NCBI GenBank assembly: GCA_951406725.2
Contig: OX597832.1
Span: forward strand, 30,256,001 to 30,320,000
Direction: 5' to 3'
DNA from: Octopus vulgaris
Taxonomy: Eukaryota
Length of the DNA: 64,000 nucleotides
Below, one piece after another: positions 13,401-26,871 of the stretch. The notes beneath the pieces were generated by a model. It saw only the letters and a program-made list of their open reading frames with translations. It was not told the origin of the DNA and did no database searches. Numbering within the stretch: position 1 is the stretch's first letter; the number at the start of each line of letters is the position of its first letter. The position numbers and the translations under genes are program-made.

Positions 13401-16400
13401 GCCATTTAGGTCAGGAATGGAGCTCAAATATTAGCTTTACATCCTCTCAACCATGACCACCACCACCACCACCATCATCACCTCTGGCAACATACTCCAC
13501 TTCTCTGATTCTCGAAGGAAATATGTATAGAAACAGCAGCAAAGGAAACCACCACAAGGAAGGATTGAACCGAAGCCAGCTGGACTCACCTTCATGAAAC
13601 CCACATTCAACTCTTTAGCAGTATAACCTCTGGACAAGTTTCTCCGCACGTACATATCGTAGTCTTTTATGATACGAGCAATGATGTCTGTTGTGGAAAT
13701 TCCTTCGGTTCTTTTAGTAGCAAGAAACCTGAGAAAATGGTGAAATCACAAGAAAAGAAAAAAAAAATGTACTTTTATTAAAAGTAATTTTCAATTAGTG
13801 AATTTGTGTGGTTTTGACTGCTTTTAGAAGAAAAAAAAAACATTGGTTTAGAAGATAAACTACATGAAAGGAACCTATCGTGGAATTTATAAAGAAGATG
13901 AAAATGGATAGCTGTTTGCTAAGACACCCGACGGCTGTAACTGGGTCCCTTATACTAAACATTTCTTGCCCCTTTATGGATGGAAGCACTCCGTCGGTTA
14001 CGACGATGAGGGTTCCGGTTGATCCGAATCAACGGAACAGTCTGCTCGTGAAATTAACGTGTAAGTGGCTGAGCACTCCACAGACACGTGTACCCTTAAC
14101 GTAGTTCTCGGGGATATTCAGCGTGACACAGAGAGTGACAAGGCCAGCCCTTTGAAATACAGGTACAACAGAAACAGGAAGTAAGAGTGGTAGAAAGTTG
14201 TGGTGAAAGAGTACAGCAGGGATCACCACCATCCCCTGCCGGAGCCTCGTGGAGCTTTAAGTGTTTTCGCTCAATAAACACTCACAACGCCTGGTCTGGG
14301 AGTCGAAACCGCGATCCTATGACCGCGAGTCCGCTGCCCTAACCACTGGGCCATTGCGCCTCCTTGCCCCTTTATATATAGCTACAGAATGGGCAAAATG
14401 AATGACTTTAAAGTGAAACAAGAAAAGTAAAAATTGAGAAAAGGAATTTGAGCAAGAGCTGAACGTGGTTTACCAAAAATGATTTTTGTGTGTCAAACAA
14501 AGCAGTAAAAAATATAAACAGAAGACTTTCAACAGCGGAAATAAGTTATAGATTATTTAATTAACATTACAACTGATAGAATTATTTAAATATCTTATGT
14601 TTGTACTGTTTCGATTTTCTTATCTTGAACAGCTGCGATGATTCTGTTAGACTTCTCGACTCACACACAACAGAACCTCTTTTTGTCAGAGCCACGAGAG
14701 AGAAAAATGAAATCAATCAATAACAGCTATAAGCAATTAATTATAACACGGTGAGACAAAGCTTGTTTTCTGGATTTTTTTTGTCTTTACCAGTAAGTCA
14801 TCATCCTCATCGTTTAACGTCTGCTTTCCATGCTGGCATGGGTTGGACAGTTTGACTGAGGTCTGGCGAACCAGACTCCAATCTGATCTGGCAGAGTTTC
14901 TACAGCTGGATGCCCTTCCTAACGCCAACCACTCCGAGTGTAGTGGGTGCTTTTACGTGCCACCGGCACGAGGGCCAGTTTGGTGGTAGTGGCAACAGCC
15001 ATGCTCAAGTGGTGCTTTTTATGTGCCACCTGCACAGGAGCCAGTCCAGCGGCACTGGCGTCTAATTTGCTTCTATCTAGAAATCAAAAGAAATGGCTAT
15101 TATTCCCTTCAAACTATGCTTTTGTGACCTGGACATCAATGTTTCAAAACTGATCTATTTTCCATTACATTTCAAACAGATTCAGCTCTGAGTTGCTGAA
15201 GCAGAAATATCGTTATAGCAAATATTCTGCTCAATACCAAAGACTTTCTTGTCAGATGATTTGACCTTAACCACCTGAGTATGTCCCTTAGTGGCTGACA
15301 ATACGTGCATCCCCGATGATGAGCAGGAGTAGTGGGGGAGCATCATAGCCATGTGTTGAGAAGGATTCTTTGGGGTTTTAATAAATATCATAACAAAAGC
15401 ACAGTTTGAAGGAAACATTAACCATTTTTCATACCATCCAGGGGTCAACAAGTAGGGAATAACAGTTGCTCCCCAAGGACAACGAATCGTGTTACACAGA
15501 GTGTTATTTAACAGAAGTGGAAGAGAATATTTACATTCCTCGGGCTTTGATGTCTTTGTAGACATCTTCACTGTTCACAGCAGCATAGGGAAGGTCGTCA
15601 TGGGCAACAAAATCAATCTGGAAAGAGTTTTAAAGGCAAAATTTAAAATTTGAATTTGTGAAAAAAACAATAAATGCAAAGACAAAGAAAAACATAAAAC
15701 AGGTGAAGCAACAAAATTATAAAAAAAAAAAAAAGGTTTCCTCATAGGAAAGTTGAGTTGTTTTACTTTCAAGTTTGACAGATGTGACAATATTGTCAGG
15801 TAAAAACGATAAACAAAGAAAACACTAAACTTATTTACATAAGTGTCACCTGTACAACACTGGAAAGGTCATTTAATGGAGATATGACCTTTGCATGGGA
15901 TTTGTCTTATTAAGGTGTTATTAAAGAAGAAAAGTGTAATTCAACAGGTGCCAAGAATGGACACCACTTCTAATAAAGTTGAGGAAGAGAGATTAGAAAA
16001 TGAGGAGAAGGAAAGAAAAGATAAATTATTGAGAAGGTAAAAAGGAAATAAAGACTTTGAGGATGTTTAATGACTCTATGAAGACATTGTTGGTTGAATC
16101 TGGACATTGTTTATTATATAAACCCTAAATACTGATGAGCCAGTCCTTAGAGCAGAGGAAGACCCAAAACATAGAAAGAAAGCCTAGAATCAAGAGGCCC
16201 AAGACTAAACTTAGCAAAAATAAATAAAATGAAAAAATAAGAAAATAAATAAGGTTTTAGGACTCTGGTGCCATCAAGAAATTAGCCAATTTCAATATAC
16301 AGGAAAAAAGAGTAACACTGCTAATGTATAACGATGTGGATTATTGCACAATGATAACTAACCACACTATAACGATAGCCTTGATTACATACTGACACTT

Positions 16401-16612
16401 TTAGCTAATCAACAACACTATTGATTACATAATGGTATTGATTATATAAGTTAATTACATAATTACACAATTTCAAAAGTGTTATTAAATGTTGGTTACA
16501 TAACAACTGTTGGTTAAAGAATGGCACTGGATATATATTGGATATATATATATATATAAAATAGCATTGAGGACTGTATATAATGATGTTGATTATATAA
16601 CAACACAATGGA

Positions 16613-16667
<55 letters not shown>

Positions 16668-19600
16668 TATGATGAAATTATTGTATACAGTGCTCAGGTG
16701 CACCACAACTTGTCAGAAAGTGCATATGTTGGTGTGATATGAAATAAGAGACAATAAGATTGGGAAGTTATAAATTACTGAAATCCTTAATTAAAGATGA
16801 TCCTCAAATGATGATTGGAATACCTTGTGCTTTTCTAAAAAATCATCAGTAATGGTCCAGGGAGCGTCAGTGATTAATTCATCAACGTAACGACAATGCC
16901 GAACTGCTTCATAACGTTCAAACTCGTCCATGACCGTGCGTCCTTTCATGAGATGTGTTAGTTCTTCATTACATACTGCAAATTCATAACAATTACACCT
17001 CTTTAGCATTATATTAATTATATACCATTCAGACATATTCGTTATTTAGAAATATGTTGTCAACTTTTATCTTTAATATCTTATCATTCCATTATTAATA
17101 AAGTGAGTTGGTAGAACCATTAGCTTATCAACCAAAATGTTTCGTGGCATCTCTTGTGGCTCTTTATATTCTGAGTTTAAATCCTGCTGAGTTAAACCCT
17201 GCCTTTCATCTTTCCGGGGTTAATAAAATAAAGTACAAGTAAGGTACTGGGTCGGTGGAGGCACGTGGCTTAGTGGTTAGGGTGTCAGCATCATGATCGT
17301 AAGATTATGGTTTCGATTCCTGGACCGGGCGACGCGTTGTGTTCTTGAGCAAAACACTTCATTTCACGTTGCTCCTGTCCACTCAGCTGGCAAAAATGAG
17401 TAACGCTGTGATGGACTGGTGCCCCGTCCAGCTGGGGAACACATACGCCATAGAAACTGGGAAACCGGACCCATGAGCCTGGCTAGGCTTTAAAAAAAGG
17501 CGCATTTATTATTTATGTTATAAGGTATTGGGTCTATGGTAGAGATTAAACCCATCCTGCTTTGTGCTTAGATTAGAAATAATTAAACAGTAATACCTCA
17601 GTTTTCGAACAACTCTGATCGTGAATAAATAGTGCTTTATATATATATATGTTGATAAAGCACGACTTATTTGTGATCAGAGGTGTTCGTAATCTGAGGT
17701 ATTACTGTATTAAATGAATTTGAGAAAGACAGGAGATAAAGTACGATTTATTCGCAATCAAAGTTGTTCAAAAACCAAGGTTCTACTCTATATATATTCT
17801 ATTATTCTTTTACTTGTTTCAATCAGTTGACTGTGGCCATGCTGGAGTGCTGCCTTTAATCGAACAAGTCAACCCCAGGCCTTATTCTTTGTAAGCCTAG
17901 TACTTATTCTATCAGTCTCTTTTACTAAACCACTAAGTTACGGGGATGTAAACACACCAACATCGGTTGTCAAGCAATGGTGGGGAGATAAGCACAGACA
18001 CACAAATACACACACACACACATATATTCAGTTTCCCTCTACCAAATCAACTCACAAAGCTTTGGTCAGCCCAAGGCTATAGTAGAAGACACTTGCCCAA
18101 GGTGCCACGCAGTGGGACTGAACCCATGTGTGTTTTACACTCAAGTGTTTTATGGTCTCCATATTTCTCAATACTAAGATGGTCAGCTGGCAGAATTGGT
18201 AGCACACCAGGCAAAATGCTTTGTGGCATTTCATCTGTTCTTACGTTCTGAGTTCAAACTCCACCAACTTCCCCTTTCATTCTTTCGGGGGTTGATAGAA
18301 TAGGTACCAGCTGAGCTCTGGGCTTGATCTAATTGACTTATCCCTCCCTCTCTCCCTTCCTCCCCCACAGGAAAAATTGCTGGCCTTGTGCCCAAAATTT
18401 GAAATCAGTATTTCTCAATACTGGGAAGTGACTTAACAATAAAGTTTCCAAAACCAACATTTCCATTCATTTAACCTACCACCACCACCCACCACCACCG
18501 CCGCCACCACCACCGCCACCACCACCACCACCACCGCTGCCACCACCACCACCTCCGCTGCCACCACCACCACCACCACTGCCACCACCACCACCACCTC
18601 TGCCACCACCACCGCCACCGCTGCCACCACCACCGCCACCACCACCACCACCACCGCTGCCACCACCACCACCACCGCCACCACCACCACCACCACCGCT
18701 GCCACCACCACCACCTCCGCTGCCACCACCACCACCACCACTGCCACCACCACCACCACCTCTGCCACCACCACCACCACCACCACCACCACCACCACCA
18801 CCACCACCACCACCTCTGCCACCACCACCGCCACCACCACCACCACCACTGCCACCACCACCACCACCGCTGCCACCACCACCACCACTGCCACCACCAT
18901 CACCACCACCACCACCACCACCGCTGCCACCACCAGTCAACTACAACTTGCACATGTATCAGATATTAAGACAGCCACGACATGTCTCCTGTGTCCTCAA
19001 AAGCAACAGTCATGTCTACTGCTAATATCTTGTCTATTGCTTTGAAAGGATGACCACATCTTATTGGCTAAAGCCCAGCTGAGGACTGAGCTAAAAGGCA
19101 GCTCAAGTGGGGGTCCTCACACAGTGTCCAGCAGTAGACTGCAGCCATTTTCCAATTACCTTGTTGGTCACCTGGAGCAGGTGACTACTGAGTTACCTGC
19201 TGTGTCCAGCTGATGACAAAGGCCATCTGGGGCAAATGAAGTAGCAGCCATAAAGAGATTTTGCCAAAGAATCAATGAAGTTTTGAGGTTGATATGTGCT
19301 AATATGGTTATTTTTTTTGAAAAGCTTTTAGTTTGGAATTCCTAAGAATTTACAGCAAAATATTACAAAAAAGTTTCCCTCGAAAGGGATTATTTGAACG
19401 AATCTGTAAATAGTGGCCACAGCAAAGTGTTAAAAATATTTATAATCTTACACCAAAACACGAAAAAAATATTCAAGTTTTAGAACAAAACAGAACATTA
19501 AAAATATAAGGACATAGAAAATTTCTCTTTAATTTTGCATGTTTTAACATGTATTACCAAATTGCACTTGCACACACAACACACACACACACACACACAC

Positions 19601-20743
19601 ACACTCTCTCTCTCTCTCTTTATTCTATTCTATTCTACTTCACTGTCTGAAATGTCTTGTATGATCAGGTTTCTTAGTAACAGAATGGTATCTATGGAAA
19701 CGTTAAAATGACAGATGAATAAAAAACTAACTTACCTCCAATCAAGAGATATGAGTTGGGGAAAGCCATTTTCGCCTGCATTAGCTGTCGGGCATGGCCA
19801 CTGTGGAACATGTCGTAGATACCATCAGCATAAACTCGGACCCTGCGTCCTAGAAGGAATGCAAATAAAGAAATGTTAACAAACGTTAAATAAACAGTAA
19901 AGAATTCTTGCTTTGGCTCAGGGCCACAAATATATTAGAGTCAATTATAGTCAGATGTATTACTAATATGTATTACTGGTATTTATTTTATTGACCCTTC
20001 CTGAAGGGTCAATAAAACAGGCACTTGCACCATTTTGCTGTTCCAACAGCAGCAGCCATCACCACCACCACCACCACCATCCTCATTTACATATCCATGT
20101 TCCACACTGGCGTGAGTTGGATGGTTTGAAAGGACCTGATGACTCCAGTGTTTTCTTTGGCATGGTTTCTGCCGTCAGATGCCCTTCTTAATGTCAACCA
20201 CTTTAGGGCACAAGTCAGATCACCCAGCAGCTTGCAAGATAATGAACCCTGGTGGGGAAAGGGGGTTACTTATGCTAAAAAATGAGGCGTTAAAGTATGA
20301 AAGAAGGGGCCAGTACAATACAGGCTCCTTGTTGTAGAGGAGTTACACAACTACTTATGGTTTAGAAGACAGGAGTGAATGAGTGGAATTGGAAAGAGAT
20401 AGAAATAAAAGGGAAGAGGTGTCTGGGCTGACCTTTAAGGGTCAAGGTGAATTATTTCTAATTTAAGCACAAACTTCATCATTTTCAGGATTAGTCTATT
20501 GGCTGATACTTTATTTTATCAAACATGGAAGTACAAAAGGCAAAGTTGCCTTTCACCCTGCGAAATTTGAATTCAGAATGTAAAAGGGCACAACTAAATA
20601 TTGATCATATCATCTGACACCCTCCTCGACCAATAATATAAACAATAAGACTGATTATATAAAGTTTGCAAGGAAACCTACCCACCTTGAGGAAACTGCA
20701 ATTCTGGCAGCACAATGTGTGTGTGTATGTGTGAGAGAGAGAG

Positions 20744-20775
<32 letters not shown>

Positions 20776-22008
20776 CACACAACTGTCCCCCTATCCTTGC
20801 CCAGATTTCTCCTCAAATTCCCATCACCCATTATCTCTCTCTAACTGCAGCATTTTGCTGCTGTAATTAAATATAAGGGGGTTCTTTAATCCAGGCAGAC
20901 AGTCTCTCCAATGTGGTGGGCATGATAAGCTGCAGGGTCCATATTGCAAAAGGATGAGTGATAGGAAGGGCACCCACCTGTAAAAAAAAATCATCACCTG
21001 CCAACAAAAAAGCAACATGGTGTAGAAAGGATCTTTCGGTCTTGAGAAAGATAATCTCTTTAGCAGAGGCAACACTACAAAATGTCCCTAGTCTACACTG
21101 TAAGACGATTGGTTATAGAAAGATCATCCAATTGGTCGACCCTACAAAAAAGGAAGAGATGTGGATCCCAGCCAACCTACATGCAGGCAGCCTGTCTAGG
21201 AGAATGGTAATCTCTCTCTATATATAAAGCTGAAGTTGTCTGTGTGTGGCAGGTTTGGTAACCTTCAACTAACACTATCTCCTCCGAGACCCTGCAGCGC
21301 AAGTTGACCAAAATTGAGAGTATGATAGAAATCGGACCATGTTAACACCAAAATTATTTACATCAAAAAGGTGCTTTTTTTTCTATGAAAATCCCTAATT
21401 TTTTTGATTTTTTGACTGCTGTGTCACCATTTTTCAGTGTATTTCAACCAGAAAAATATTCACTTAAAGAGAATAACAAGCTACATAATGCAAAATTTTT
21501 ACTATTCAAAAATTCCAATTCTAAAAGGTCGAAACAAACCCGAGCAACACCGGGCGATACTGCTAGTTCTGAATAAAATTACTGATACATGATAGACAAG
21601 ACGCTCTATTCCTGATACAGACAAGGCCTGCATTTTACATTCAGGAAGAAAAGGTGTTAACAGCAGCTGCAATTGTTATGGACGTTTTATTAATGACAAT
21701 CCTATCTTATGGAGAATTTTACAGAAATTAAAACCTGAGTCACAAAGATTATTTTTATAACAAAATACGGTGCAAAAACCTAGAGATAGTAGAGTGACAC
21801 ACCATATCCTCCCAACTGAAAATAACTTGGGATCAAGGCCAAATCATGTGATAACGAATCAGAAATAGTCATAGCAGCATTTCTATTGTTCTTGCCTACA
21901 ACAGCTTCAACCATTAAATGATTTGCCTAATAAATCTAGAGTTTCAAACAAAATCACTTGTCCCGACATATAAAAAATTCTTAATGAACAAGACAAAGTA
22001 AAGCATAA

Positions 22009-22050
<42 letters not shown>

Positions 22051-23498
22051 GTGGAGGCGCAATGGCCTAGTGGTTAGGGCAGCGGACTCGCGGTCGCAGG
22101 ATCGCGGTTTCGATTCCCAGACCAGGTGTTGTGTGTGTTTATTGAGCGAAAACACCTAAAAGCTCCACGAGGCTCCGGCAGGGGCAGGGTGATCCCTGCT
22201 GTTCTCTTTCACCACTCTTTCTCTCTTTCTTCTGTTGGCCTACTCACTTAGCTAGCTGGGTGGCGTCATTTGAAGGCTAAAACAATACGAACGCATTGTG
22301 ACCAGTGATGTGTAACAACATCTGATGGTCTGGTCGGTCACGTGATATATATATATATATATACATAGCTTACAGCTATACAAATGAGGGGGTGCTGAAA
22401 AGTTCCTGGCTTTGGGTAAAAGAAAATACAGGAGGATCGGTTAATTATGATTCTATTCAACACATTCCCCTCTCAGATTCACACAATTGTTGCAGTGGCC
22501 CTTCAGTTTTTCAAAGCCCTGCAAAAGAACTTGGAAGGTCGGACCTTCCAAGTGTCTTCTAGCCTCAGGCTGACCAAAGCCTTGTGAGTGGATTTGGTAG
22601 ACGGAAACTGAAAGAAGCCCATCGTATATCATCATCATCATCATCATCATCGTTTAACGTCCGTTTTCCATGCTAGCATGGGTTGGACGGTTTGACCGGG
22701 GATCTGGGAAGCCAGAAGGCTGCACCAGGCCCAGTCTGATCTGGCAGTGCTTCTACAGCTGGGTGCCCTTCCTAACGCCAACCACTCCGAGAGTGTAGTG
22801 GGTGCTTTTTACGTGCCACCCGCACAGGTGCCATATATATATATGTATGTGTGTGTGTATGCTGAGAATAAACGATGGGCTTCTTTCAGTTTCCGTCTAC
22901 CAAATCCACTCACAAGGCTTTGGTCAGCCTGAGGCTATAGTAGAAAACACTTGCCTGAGGTTCCACACAGTGGGATTGAACCCAGAACCATGTGGTTGGT
23001 AAGCAAGCTACTTACCACACAGCCACTCCTGCACCTATAATATACATATATAGTAATGGACTTGCCAATCATTAGACGACATATGAGGATTTGACAATTT
23101 CTTCCTGAACACACACATGATTTGTTGATAGTGATCAGATGTTTGTGTAGACATAAGCTCACTCCCTGCCTCAGATCGACATTACCTGTACAGGTGCAAT
23201 GGGTGCCACACGTCAGATGTCGAAATGACCACAGAGTAACGTGAAATGAAGGGCTTTGCTCGAGAACACAACGCAAAACCCGGTCTGGGAATCGAACCCA
23301 CAATCTCGCAATCGTGAGTACAACACCCTAACCACTAAGCCATGCATGCACACACATACACACACACACACACACACAGTTTCTTTATTTATTTTTCTAT
23401 AATAAAAAGAATTTCAATACTCAAGTATTGGTCCCCTACTTTTGAACAATAAGAGAAACAAAATCAAGATAATGACAAACATTTAAAATTTTTATGTC

Positions 23499-23546
<48 letters not shown>

Positions 23547-24347
23547 ATAAGAAAATGGAGAAATACATCTAAATCAAATATCAATTACCAGATAATACTC
23601 AATCACATACTTTATTAAACCACCACATGAGAGACTGTAGGGTTAAACATAAAGTAGAACAAAACAGTGTACATAAAAGAGTAATGTGATACAATAAGTA
23701 GAATATATATAAGAGAATATAAATATAAGTAAATATAAATATAAATATAGACTACAGCCGAAACAGCTGTAAGATGTAGTCTATATTTATATTTATATTT
23801 ACTTATATTTATATTCTCTTATATATATTCTACTTATTGTATCACATTACTCTTTTATGTACACTGTTTTGTTCTACTTTTTTATGTTTAACCCTACAGT
23901 CTCTCATGTGGTGGTTTAATAAAGTATGTGATTGAGTATTATCTGGTAATTGATATTTGATTTAGATGTATTTCTCCATTTTCTTATTGTGTATATATAT
24001 ATATATATATACACATTACTCTTTTATGTACATTCCTTTATGTACACTGTTTTGTTCTACTTTTTTATGTTTGACCTTATAGTCTCTTATGTGGTGGTTT
24101 AATAAAGTATGTGATTTGAGTATTATCTGGTAATTGATATTTGATTTCGATGTATTTCTCCATTTTCTTATTTTGTATTATGAATTTGTGGTAAAACATT
24201 TTACCTTTGCCCATATAATACAGTAAACGAATTAATTGCATCGCAATTCTTAACATTTATGTATTAACTTTGTTGGGTACTTCACTAGCAGTATATTGGA
24301 TATATGGTATCCCATGGAGGGTTGCATTTACAACCCCTATCTCAATT

Positions 24348-24383
<36 letters not shown>

Positions 24384-24546
24384 TCCCGGGTTGATTCGGG
24401 GTTAACCACAGTAAGTAAGGTACTCAATACATAGCAGAGTAAAATTAATTTATTATATCTAGTACTGTTTCATTCAAGAGAAATCTTCCTGAAGATTTCT
24501 CTTGAATGAAACAGTACTAGTCCTGTAGAAGCTCCTTCTATATAAT

Positions 24547-24582
<36 letters not shown>

Positions 24583-25794
24583 CAGCAGCATTGCTTAACA
24601 TCCGCATTCCATGCTGGCATGGGTGGAACGGTTTGATAAGAGCTGGCCAGGCAGAAGCCTGCACAAGACGTCTGCAACTGTTTTGGCAGGATTTTTACAC
24701 CTGGATGCCCTTCCTGACACCAACCCCTCAGCAGAGTGGACTTAGTGCTTTTTATGTGGCACAAGCACAGGCAAGGTCAGTTTTGGCAAGGTTTTTACAG
24801 CTGGATGCCCTTCCAAACACCAACCCCTTTACAGTGAGGACTGGATGGTTTTTTAAGTGGCACCTGCACTGACAGGGTCACCAGGTAACCTGCAAGAGAG
24901 AAATAAGAGACAAAAATTTTCAAGAGGGAAGGGGGCATGGGAGGAGGTGATCTTGTGTCAGACGATGAAAAGTTATAGGGAAACAGAGAGTGACAGAAAC
25001 AGGTGTCTTGCTGTAGAGGAAGTACAAGGTTACCTGGCCGGAGAGAGAGAGAGAGAGAGAAAACTGTTAAATATAGCCCAAACATGCTCTGTGTGTGTGT
25101 GTGTGTGTGTGTATACACACATACACGCAGAGTTTGTTTACATATTTTCTATAACAAAAGGAACGTCAATACTCAAGTATCGGTGCCCTACTTTTGAACA
25201 ATACGAGAAATAAAATCAAGAAAATAACAAGCAGGTTTTAGTTATATATATGTATGTGTGTATGTGTATGTATGTATGTATGTATGTATGTATATTAAAT
25301 GATAAAAGTGTGTAATTCTTCCCATGAAGTAACATGGAAAGGCTCAATATATTGAGCCAATACATATTCAAATTGTGAATACAATCAAATATATACATAT
25401 ATATATTTTTTTTTTTATTGCAATCTCAAGGTTGGGTGATCACAATACAGACACAGGAAATTACAAATCTTTTAAAATCTCACCTGCTCGTGATTTTAAT
25501 TCAATTCATTTTATCTGATGCAATTTTCTGTGTACGTATATATATATATATATAGTGCTGTCATTGCATACGTATATATATGTATATATATATATATATA
25601 TATCATCATCATCATCATCATCATCGTTTAACGTCCGTTCTCCACGCTAGCATGGGTTGGATGGTTCGACCGGGGATCTGGGAAGCCAGAAGGCTGCACC
25701 AGGCTCCAGTCTTATCTGGCAATGTTTCTACAGCTGCATGCCCTTCCTAACGCCAACCACTATATATATATAGTGCTGTCATTGTATACGTATA

Positions 25795-25838
<44 letters not shown>

Positions 25839-26509
25839 GTGCTGTCATTGTTTTGAAAGCAAAGTTTGTTTCATTTCTTTATGTTATTCCACATTAATGC
25901 AGTTTTAACCCTTTCGTTACCAACCCGGCTGAAACTGGTTCTGGCTCTGTAGTACAAATGTCTTGTTTTCACAGGTTTTGAATTAAAATATACCACTAAA
26001 CCTTAGTCACAATTTACGTTCCTAACACTAGCTTAATGATAACTAAGTTATTTTACTAAATTCTTTGTTATATTTAAAATAATTGAGAGAAAGACAGAGC
26101 ATCTCAAAATAAATACAGTAACAAAAGGGTTAAAATGAAACTACTTTTGCAGACCAGCAAAAAATCCCAAAGACTTAAGATAAGTTGTAAAATAATAATA
26201 ATAATAATAATTGTGTACAGTGCTCAGGTGCACTACAACTCGTCTAAAGTGTATATATAATCAGGTGTAGTTTCGGCAGATTTCGGAAAGCATGAGGGCC
26301 TTAAAGGATGCAGTGTCATGGCAGTCAACAACCTACAGTTCTATATTTAAGAGATGAGGAATTATGTACATTATTTACATTTGACTGATATTTGTCCTCA
26401 TCTTGTTTGTTGTTAACACAATGTTTCGGCTGATATACCCTCCAACCTTCATCGGGTGTCTTGGGGAAATTTCGAACCTGGGTTCTCATTCCTAAGATAT
26501 TTTTCGATC

Positions 26510-26540
<31 letters not shown>

Positions 26541-26833
26541 CATTATTATTATTACTATTATCATTATCATTATTATTATTAACATTATTATTATTATCAT
26601 TATTATTAACATTATCATCATCATTATTATTATTAACATTATCATCATTATTATTATCATTATTATCATCATTATCATTATCATCATCATCATTATCATC
26701 ATCATTATTATTATTAAGGTCACTGCCTGGAATTGAACTTAACCACTACACCATATGTCCATGGGTATATGGCATAGTGGTTAAGAGCACAGGCTACTAA
26801 CCCCAAGATTCCGAGTTCGATTCCAGGCAGTGA

Positions 26834-26871
<38 letters not shown>

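Noticed and set aside
16128-16175. CTGATGA...AAAACATA resembling a hammerhead
   Set aside because: No GAAA box and no convincing stem I/II pairing
18433-18940. Poly-Gly and poly-Val ORFs of 154-166 aa
   Set aside because: Translations of a (CCA)n array inside an intron; no splice context
19688-19701. RFX X-box match GTATCTATGGAAAC (weaker ones at ~6940 and ~7510)
   Set aside because: By rough estimate about one match to this degenerate consensus is expected by chance in 64 kb; it is intronic with no other support
26325-26800. Poly-Ile/Leu/Met ORFs
   Set aside because: (ATT)/(ATC) microsatellite within the composite repeat
26762-26835. tRNA-like sequences here and at 22053, 55172, 31636, 17257
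   Set aside because: SINE heads: A/B boxes are present but the acceptor stem is not intact, and each continues into a repeat body
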